From Solirubrobacteraceae bacterium (GTDB lineage: Bacteria > Actinomycetota > Thermoleophilia > Solirubrobacterales > Solirubrobacteraceae): a stretch of DNA of 46,345 nucleotides. Position numbers and translations under genes: made by a program. Positions 38,540 to 45,014 of this stretch are shown here, piece after piece (within the stretch, counting starts at the first letter, position 1; every line of letters starts with the position of its first letter). The stretch is taken from NCBI GenBank assembly GCA_034664525.1, contig JAXDHL010000035.1, positions 1 through 46,345 on the forward strand, given 5' to 3'. The notes beneath the pieces are model-generated. The model had not been told where the DNA came from and searched no databases. It saw only the letters and a program-made list of their open reading frames with translations.

Positions 38540-40219
38540 ATGTCCACTGCACATGAATCGTCGGGTACCGGTCACAGCGGACTCGCGTCGGGCGCCGTGA
38601 CGACCGGCCTCGGCACCGGCACCGCCGCCGGCGGCGCGGGCGATCGGGTCTTCCTGCGCAAGGCGTCGGGGCTGATCAAGACGGCCGGCACGACCGACAT
38701 CTTCATCTTCAACATCGGCACGATCTCGATCGGCATCGGGATCGGCTCGATCGTGCTCTACGGGCCCTCGGTCTACCCGGGCGGGAATCTCGCGCTCGGC
38801 GCCGTCCTGGCCTGCCTGATGATGGCGCTGATCGCCGGCGGCATGATCGCCTGGACGCTGACCATCCCGCGCTCGGGCGGGATCTACCCGTTCGGAAGCC
38901 GGGCGCTGCCCCCGGCGCTCGCGTTCACGGCGAGCTTCGTCGAGTGCATCTGCTGGCTGTTCCTGCTCTCGGTCGCGGCCTACTGGATCACGACGATCGG
39001 CCTGGCGCCGACCTTCACCGTGCTCGGGACGATGACCGGCCACGGGTGGATGACCACGCTCGGGCAGGACCTGACGCACAAGGGCGTCACGTTCGCCGTC
39101 AGCGGCGTGATGCTCATCATCGCGGCCGCGATCCTCGCCTCGGGAATGCGCCGCTTCTTCGCCTCCCAGAAGCTCGTCTTCGGCGTGGCCATCATTGGCT
39201 CGCTCGTGCTGATCGGCGCCCTGCTGTTCGGCTCGCGCGCACAGTTCGTGGCCAACTTCAACCACGACTTCCACGGGACCGCCTCCTACGCCGGCGTCAT
39301 CGACGCCGCCCACAAGGGCGGCTGGAGCGACCCCGGCTTCTCGCTCAAGCAGACGCTGCTGGCGTCCAACTGGTTCTTCCTGCCGCTGATCGGCGCCGCG
39401 TTCTCGATCGCGATCGGCGGCGAGATCAAGTCGGCGACCAAGGCGCAGCCGTACGGCATGCTGAGCGCGATCGTGGTCAGCGCGGTGATCTGGGTGATCA
39501 CGATGGGCCTCGCGAACAAGGTGTTCGGCTACGAGTTCCTCGGCTCGGTCGGCAACAACAGCCTCAACGGCGGGATGTCGACGCCGACGACGCCGTGGAT
39601 CACGCTGCTGGCCGGCGTGCTCACCGGATCGCCGCTGGTCACGATCATCATCTCGCTGTCCTTCATCGCCTGGATCTGGATGTGGATCCCGGCGATGCAG
39701 GCCTACGTGCAGCGGGCGATGCTCGCATGGTCCTTCGACCGCGTGGCGCCGGCGGCGCTCGGGCGCGTGTCCAGCCGGACGCACACGCCGATCGCCGCGA
39801 TCGCCGTCGTGCTCGCCCTGTCGCTCCTGACGCTCGCGGCGTTCGTGTGGATCAGCTACTTCCAGACGCTGATCGTCTTCATCGAGATCGCGCTGCTCGC
39901 CTGGGGGCTGGTGCTCGGCGCCGGCGTCGTGTTCCCGTACCGGCGACCGGAGATGTACGAGAAGTCGCCGATCGCCAACAAGCGGCTGTTCGGGCTCCCG
40001 TTGATGACCGTGCTGTGCGGCGCCGGCTGCGTCGGGGCGACGTTCTACTTCTTCGTCCTGTTCTTCGACCAGTTCGCCGCCGGCCACGACCCGGTGCGCC
40101 TGGCGATCATGGCCGGCTGCTTCGTCGCGGGCCTGCTGGTGTTCGCCGTCACGCGCTACGTCCGCCGGGGCCAGGGCTTCGACGTCGACCTCGCCTTCAA
40201 GGAGATCCCGATCGAGTAG
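38540..40219 (+). CDS. APC-superfamily amino acid/amine permease
   Basis: 559 aa with about 12-13 TM helices. The N-terminal Gly/Ser/Thr-rich cytoplasmic tail is followed by typical APC helices (IFIFNIGTISIGIGIGS, PRSGGIYPFGS). Confidence 0.8.
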   Translation: MSTAHESSGTGHSGLASGAVTTGLGTGTAAGGAGDRVFLRKASGLIKTAGTTDIFIFNIGTISIGIGIGSIVLYGPSVYPGGNLALGAVLACLMMALIAGGMIAWTLTIPRSGGIYPFGSRALPPALAFTASFVECICWLFLLSVAAYWITTIGLAPTFTVLGTMTGHGWMTTLGQDLTHKGVTFAVSGVMLIIAAAILASGMRRFFASQKLVFGVAIIGSLVLIGALLFGSRAQFVANFNHDFHGTASYAGVIDAAHKGGWSDPGFSLKQTLLASNWFFLPLIGAAFSIAIGGEIKSATKAQPYGMLSAIVVSAVIWVITMGLANKVFGYEFLGSVGNNSLNGGMSTPTTPWITLLAGVLTGSPLVTIIISLSFIAWIWMWIPAMQAYVQRAMLAWSFDRVAPAALGRVSSRTHTPIAAIAVVLALSLLTLAAFVWISYFQTLIVFIEIALLAWGLVLGAGVVFPYRRPEMYEKSPIANKRLFGLPLMTVLCGAGCVGATFYFFVLFFDQFAAGHDPVRLAIMAGCFVAGLLVFAVTRYVRRGQGFDVDLAFKEIPIE

Positions 40220-40225
40220 CGGGAC

Positions 40226-40251
40226 GGCGCCGGGCGCGAGCGCCCGGCGCC
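40226..40251 (+). terminator. perfect 11-bp GC hairpin inside the operon (terminator/attenuator or mRNA-processing element)
   Basis: The structure is GGCGCCGGGCG-cgag-CGCCCGGCGCC, starting 7 nt after the permease stop in a 104-nt gap. No U-tract follows. Confidence 0.4.
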
Positions 40252-40323
40252 TCCGCCCACGGCTCCCGCCCCGGCTCCGCCCGGCTGACCACCAATCGCC
40301 CCCGCAAGCGCTCAGAGAGGCCC

Positions 40324-41100
40324 ATGACCGTCACCAACCAGCAGTTCGTCGACGAGGGGCTCCGCCTCGTCGACGAGGGGGCGGAGCGAGGATTGCGACT
40401 GCGCATCCTCGGCTCGCTCGCCATCCGCCTGCACTGCCCGCAGAACCTTCCGCTGCTGGAGGCGATGGAGCGCGCCGTTCCGGCCGACATCGACTTCGCC
40501 GCCGGGAGCCGGCAGGCGCGGGACGTCGTCCGCTTCCTCAAAGAGCAGGGGTACGTCGAGGACGAGCGGATCACGATCGCGACCGAGGGCACGCGCTACT
40601 GCTTCGAGCACCCGGATACGCGCCTCAGCCTCGACGTGTTCGTGGAGCGCCTGGACTTCTGCCATCGGATCCCCTTCGAGGACCGTCTGGACCTGGACGC
40701 TCCGACCCTGCCCACGCCGGATCTGCTGCTCGGGAAGCTCCAGATCGTCGAGATCAACCTGAAGGACATCCAGGACGCGATCGTCCTGCTGCTCGAGCAC
40801 GCGGTGGTCGATCACCGGAACGGACCGGAGAGCATCGACGCGTCCTACGTCGCCGAGCTCCTGCGCGGCGATTGGGGCTTCCACTACACCGTCATGGAGA
40901 ACCTGGAGAAGGTGCGCCGGTTCATCCCGCAGTTCGGCGCCATCGGCCCCGAGCAGGCGAAGCTGCTCAACGAGCGCATCGACGCCCTCGAACGGGTCAT
41001 CGAGGAGGCGCCGAAGACGCGCAAGTGGCGCATGCGGGCGAAGGTCGGCCCGAAGGTCCGGTGGTATCAGGAGGTCAGCGAGAAGGAAGCGGGGCTCTAG
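40324..41100 (+). CDS. uncharacterised 258-aa protein, possible minimal nucleotidyltransferase fold
   Basis: This is the last 258 codons of the fused 38944..41100 ORF, with strong G/C third-position bias. ILGSLAIRLH...AVPADIDFAAG resembles the G[SG]...DxD signature of pol-beta-type/AbiEii-like nucleotidyltransferases, although the spacing is long. Its stop directly abuts the next ATG (TAGATG). Confidence 0.5.
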   Translation: MTVTNQQFVDEGLRLVDEGAERGLRLRILGSLAIRLHCPQNLPLLEAMERAVPADIDFAAGSRQARDVVRFLKEQGYVEDERITIATEGTRYCFEHPDTRLSLDVFVERLDFCHRIPFEDRLDLDAPTLPTPDLLLGKLQIVEINLKDIQDAIVLLLEHAVVDHRNGPESIDASYVAELLRGDWGFHYTVMENLEKVRRFIPQFGAIGPEQAKLLNERIDALERVIEEAPKTRKWRMRAKVGPKVRWYQEVSEKEAGL

Positions 41101-42459
41101 ATGGTGCAGTCCCTGCTCACCGCCCGCGCGCTCCGCGACGGGAACCCGCCCACGGACCGCGACGGGCTGCTCGCCTGGGTCCAGGAGCGCGGCATCACGC
41201 GCGTGGACCTGAAGATCGGCGACCTCACCGGCCGTCTGCGCCATCTGTCGATGCCGGCGCGCAAGCTCGCGGACGCGCTCGACCACGGTGTCGGCTTCGC
41301 CGGCAGCCACTACGGCTTCAGCGGACCGGTCGACGAGGACATGGTCATGGTCCCGGACGCGTCGACGGCCTGGGCCGATCCCTTCGCCGAGGTCCCTGCG
41401 GTGTCGTTCCTCGCGCAGCCGGTGCGCGCCGGCACCACCGAGCGCTTCGCCCGCGACCCGCGCGCCGTCGCCGAGCGGGCGGAGGCGTACCTCGTGTCGA
41501 CCGGTGTGGCGACGCACAGCCTCTGGCTGCCGGAGCTCGAGTTCCACCTGGCCCCGGCTGGGGGGCTGGTGCACGACGGCGGTGCGGCGGCGCACCGCGA
41601 CGGCTATCACGCCAGCCCGCCCGTCGATCGGCACGCCGGCTTCCGGGCCCGCGCGGTGCAGCTGCTGGAGGCGGCGGGCGTCCCGGTCAAGTACGACCAC
41701 CACGAGACGGGCGTCGAGGGTCAGATGGAGATCGAGCTCGACTTCGGCGGTCTGGTCCGCACCGCCGACGTCGTGCTGCTCGGCAAGTACATCCTGCGCA
41801 ACCTCGCCGTCCAGGAGGGGCTGCAGGCCGTGTTCCTCCCCAAGCCGATGGCGGACGCGTCGGGCAACGGCATGCATGTGCACCTGAAGCTGCTCGACGA
41901 CGAGCGCCCCGTGTTCGCCGGCGACGGCTACGCCGGGCTGTCGCGGGTCGCCCTCTCGTTCGTCGCCGGTGTGCTCGTGCACGTGCGCTCGCTCGCCGCG
42001 TTCACCAACCCGTCGACGAACTCCTACCGGCGCCTCGTGCCGGACATGGAGGCTCCCGTCTCCGCCAGCTTCGCCCGCGGCGACCGGACGGCCGCCATCC
42101 GCATCCCCGGCTACGCGGTGCGGCCCGCCGACCGGCGCATGGAGTACCGGCCGCTGGACGCCACGGCGAACGCCTACCTCGCGTTCTCCGCACTGCTGCT
42201 CGCGGGCCTCGACGGCGTGGAGCGCGGGCTGGATCCCGTGGCGCTCGGCTTCGATCCCGCCGCCGAGCCGCCCACGCGCTTCCCGCGCCACCTCGAGGAG
42301 GCGCTCGACGCGCTGGAGGACGACCACGAGTACCTCGAGCGGGGCGGGGTGTTCCCCACGATGCTGCTCGAGGAGTGGCACGCGACGAAGCGCGAGGAGG
42401 TGCGCAGGCTCGAGCTGCGCCCACACCCCGCCGAGTTCGCGATGTACCTGGATCTGTGA
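41101..42459 (+). CDS. glutamine-synthetase-family ligase (GS-like 2, type-I-like)
   Basis: Motifs are LPELEFHL, KPMADASGNGMHVHLK (ATP site), NPSTNSYRRLVP, DRTAAIRIP and ATANAYLA. The beta-grasp N-domain is present (DMVMVPDASTAWADPF). Confidence 0.85.
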   Translation: MVQSLLTARALRDGNPPTDRDGLLAWVQERGITRVDLKIGDLTGRLRHLSMPARKLADALDHGVGFAGSHYGFSGPVDEDMVMVPDASTAWADPFAEVPAVSFLAQPVRAGTTERFARDPRAVAERAEAYLVSTGVATHSLWLPELEFHLAPAGGLVHDGGAAAHRDGYHASPPVDRHAGFRARAVQLLEAAGVPVKYDHHETGVEGQMEIELDFGGLVRTADVVLLGKYILRNLAVQEGLQAVFLPKPMADASGNGMHVHLKLLDDERPVFAGDGYAGLSRVALSFVAGVLVHVRSLAAFTNPSTNSYRRLVPDMEAPVSASFARGDRTAAIRIPGYAVRPADRRMEYRPLDATANAYLAFSALLLAGLDGVERGLDPVALGFDPAAEPPTRFPRHLEEALDALEDDHEYLERGGVFPTMLLEEWHATKREEVRRLELRPHPAEFAMYLDL

Positions 42460-43145
42460 GCGAGTCCGTGGCATTCCCGGAGTTCGCGCTGGCCGACCTC
42501 GGTGGCCGGATCTGGACCCGCGCCGACCTCAGCGGGGTCCGCACCGTCGCCTTCTGCTTCGCGAGCTGGTGAACGTGCAAGGACGACCTGCCCGTGTGGC
42601 AGCGGTACTGGGAGCAGCGAGGCCGTGACTTCACGATGCTGGCCATCGCTCAGGACGCGCGAGGCGAAGCCGCGGTCGCGGAGAGCGTGCGCGCGTACGG
42701 TGTCGCCTTCCCCGTTCTGCTCGATCCGGCGAGCACGATCGCCGCGGCGCTCGGCTTCCGCATCGTGCCGTCGGGCTTCCTCGTGGACGAGGACGCCCGG
42801 ATCCGCCGGCGGCACACCGAGGACTTCTCGATCGGGGATCCGCGCGTGCGGGCCACGGTGGACGCGTTCCTCGACGGGCGCGCGGTGGAGCCAGGACCCC
42901 GGCAGGAGCAGATGGATCCCCGCGCCCTGGAGCAGTTCGCCGAGGGCGTGGCCGCCCAGATGGCCGGAGACGGGCCGCGGGCGCTTCGACTCTGGCGCCG
43001 GGCGCTCGAGCTCGACCCGGAGAACTTCCTCATCCGGTCGCAGATCTGGTCCGCGGAGCACCCGGACCGGTTCTGGCCGGTCGTCGACCGCCAATGGCAG
43101 GAGCTGCAACTGATGAAGGACGGATATGACAAGCCCCTTCCTTGA
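42456..43145 (+). CDS. ResA/TlpA-like thioredoxin-fold redoxin with C-terminal TPR-like segment, interrupted by in-frame TGA at the catalytic position (candidate selenoprotein, or pseudogene)
   Basis: GTG 42456 overlaps the GS-like 2 stop (GTGA). The frame reads VSESVAFPEFALADLGGRIWTRADLSGVRTVAFCFASW-TGA-TCKDDLPVWQRYWEQRGRDFTMLAIAQD... in one frame with ORF 42594..43145. Codon bias is continuous across the TGA. Confidence 0.6.
42570..42602 (+). other. candidate UGA-selenocysteine recoding site plus downstream hairpin
   Basis: TGA 42570-42572 replaces the first active-site Cys (FASW-U-TC-KDDLP). A hairpin, CTGCC-cgtgt-GGCAG (42588-42602), starts 15 nt downstream and has GU in its loop. I can pair only 5 bp by eye. 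Confidence 0.35.
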
Positions 43146-43653
43146 CCTGGGGCTCCCCGGCGCCGTGTCGCCGGGCAGGCTCTCGCGGCAGGAGGTCGAG
43201 GAGCTCCTCGAGTTGCGGCTCATCGCGAACCTCGCGACCCTGGACGCGCACGGCGGGGTCCACCTGGCGGCGATGTGGTTCCGGCGCGAGGGCGACACGC
43301 TGCTGATGCCGACCTCCCAGCACACCCGCAAGGCCCGCAACCTCCGGCGCCGGGCGCACGCGGCGGTGACGATCGACCAGTCGCGTAACGGCCTGGATCT
43401 GCGCGGCGTGCTCGTCCGCGGCGCGGTCGAGCTGGTCACCGGCGAGCCGGCGCGGGCGCTCAATCGCTCCGTGCACCTGCGCTACGTGACCGAGGCGGGG
43501 CTCGCGGACCCCGAGGTCGCCGCATACCTGTCCGGCGGCGACGACCTGACCATCCGCGTCCACATGAACGAGATCGTGACCTGGAATCTCGCCGACCGGC
43601 CGGCCGGCCGCGCACTGCGCGCGAGCGGCCAGGTCCATCCGCTCGACACCTGA
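43126..43653 (+). CDS. pyridoxamine 5'-phosphate oxidase-family (PPOX/F420- or FMN-binding split-barrel) protein
   Basis: 175 aa. LIANLATLDAHGGVHLAAMWF...KARNLRRRAHAAVTID is typical of the PPOX split barrel. It has the RBS AAGGA and overlaps the redoxin end by 20 nt. Confidence 0.75.
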   Translation: MTSPFLDLGLPGAVSPGRLSRQEVEELLELRLIANLATLDAHGGVHLAAMWFRREGDTLLMPTSQHTRKARNLRRRAHAAVTIDQSRNGLDLRGVLVRGAVELVTGEPARALNRSVHLRYVTEAGLADPEVAAYLSGGDDLTIRVHMNEIVTWNLADRPAGRALRASGQVHPLDT

Positions 43654-43670
43654 ACCCGAGGAGAACCACC

Positions 43671-44969
43671 ATGACCGTGCTCCATCCCCCTGTGCGTCAA
43701 GCCGCCAACGAGGAGGCGCTCCAGCGCTTCTATGACGCCGACCCCATCCTCGTGGACGTCCGGCCGGCCGTCGAGGTCGTCCCCGGCATGACCCGGGACA
43801 CGATCCTGACCTCCGGCGCGCCGATGCCCTGGGACGCCTACACCGGCGGGCAGCGGAGCGCCGTCATCGGGGGTGCCCTGTACGAGGGGCTGGCCGGCAG
43901 CGCGGAGGAGGCCGACGAGAAGCTGCGGGACGGCCGGATCCGGCTCGCCGCGTGCCACGACCACAGCTGCGTCGGCTCGCTCGCCGGCATCTACACCGCC
44001 TCGATGCCCGTCTTCGTGGTCGAGAACCCGCGGCACGGCAACGTCGCCTACTGCAACTGCTTCGAAGGCCCGTCGCGCAAGCGGCTCAACTACGGCGTCT
44101 ACGACGACGAGGTCCGCGACAGCCTGATCTGGCTCGAGCAGGTGGCGGCCCCGGTGCTGGCCGCGGCACTGCGCGAGATCGACGGCGGAGTGCCGCTGCG
44201 TCCGATCATGCGCCGGGCGCTGAACCTCGGCGACGAGCTGCACAGCCGCAACACCGCGGCGACGATGCTCTTCACGCGCGAGCTCTACCTGCACCTGTTG
44301 CACGTCGCCGAGCTGATGCCCGAGCAGGTCCGCGAGACCGTGTCGTTCCTGGGCAGCAACGACTACTTCTTCCTGCGCCTCTCGATGGCGGCGTCGAAGG
44401 CGATCGCCGACGCCGCGCGGGACGTCGAGGGCTCCTCGCTCGTGACCGCCATGACCTTCTCGTGCCAGGAGTTCGCCATCCGGGTGAGCGGGCTCGGCGA
44501 CGAGTGGTTCCGGGCCCCGCTGCCGGGGATCGACGCGAAGCTCTTCGACGGCTACACGGTCGACGACATCGAGTTCATGGGCGGCGAGAGCATCATCAAC
44601 GAGACCGTCGGCCTCGGCGGGTTCGCCCAGGCGGCCGCCTTCCCGCTGCAGGACTATCAGGGCGGTGACGCCGATGCCATGGTGCGCATGAACCTCGCGA
44701 TGTACGAGATCACGGCGGGCGAGCACCCCGTGTTCAAGATCCCGTACCTCGGGTTCCGCGGCACGCCGACGGGCATCGACGTGCACCGGGTCGTCGCGAC
44801 GGGGACCGTCCCGGTGATGGACATCGGGGTCGCGGGCCGCACGGGCGGCCAGATCGGCGCCGGCGTCCTGCGGGCGCCGCTGGGCTGCTTCGAGGCCGCC
44901 GCGGACGCCTACGCCCGGGCGTACCCGTCCGAGGCGCCGGCCACCGGCGGGCAGCCGACGGTTCTGTGA
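43671..44969 (+). CDS. DUF1116 / YlbE-like protein
   Basis: 432 aa. By recollection it resembles the YlbE family found beside fdrA in allantoin/oxamate clusters (CHDHSCVGSLAGI, GESIINETVGLGGFA). It has the RBS GAGGAG. The family assignment needs a profile search. Confidence 0.55.
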   Translation: MTVLHPPVRQAANEEALQRFYDADPILVDVRPAVEVVPGMTRDTILTSGAPMPWDAYTGGQRSAVIGGALYEGLAGSAEEADEKLRDGRIRLAACHDHSCVGSLAGIYTASMPVFVVENPRHGNVAYCNCFEGPSRKRLNYGVYDDEVRDSLIWLEQVAAPVLAAALREIDGGVPLRPIMRRALNLGDELHSRNTAATMLFTRELYLHLLHVAELMPEQVRETVSFLGSNDYFFLRLSMAASKAIADAARDVEGSSLVTAMTFSCQEFAIRVSGLGDEWFRAPLPGIDAKLFDGYTVDDIEFMGGESIINETVGLGGFAQAAAFPLQDYQGGDADAMVRMNLAMYEITAGEHPVFKIPYLGFRGTPTGIDVHRVVATGTVPVMDIGVAGRTGGQIGAGVLRAPLGCFEAAADAYARAYPSEAPATGGQPTVL

Positions 44970-45014
44970 CATGGGCGACGCGCTGCGATCCGGTCGGCCG
45001 GTCATCATCCGGTC

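Noticed and set aside
38944-40323. Upstream 460 codons of the 718-aa ORF 38944..41100.
   Set aside because: This part is an out-of-frame read through the APC permease gene with Arg/Asp-rich composition. Only the last 258 codons, from ATG 40324, show genuine coding character.
6405-44969. Possibility that the two inserted blocks (6.4-24.3 kb and 31.2-45.0 kb) are integrated mobile elements or prophage remnants.
   Set aside because: I found no integrase, transposase, recombinase, phage structural gene, tRNA target or flanking direct repeat, and no obvious compositional break. I treat them as accessory or lineage-specific chromosomal blocks.
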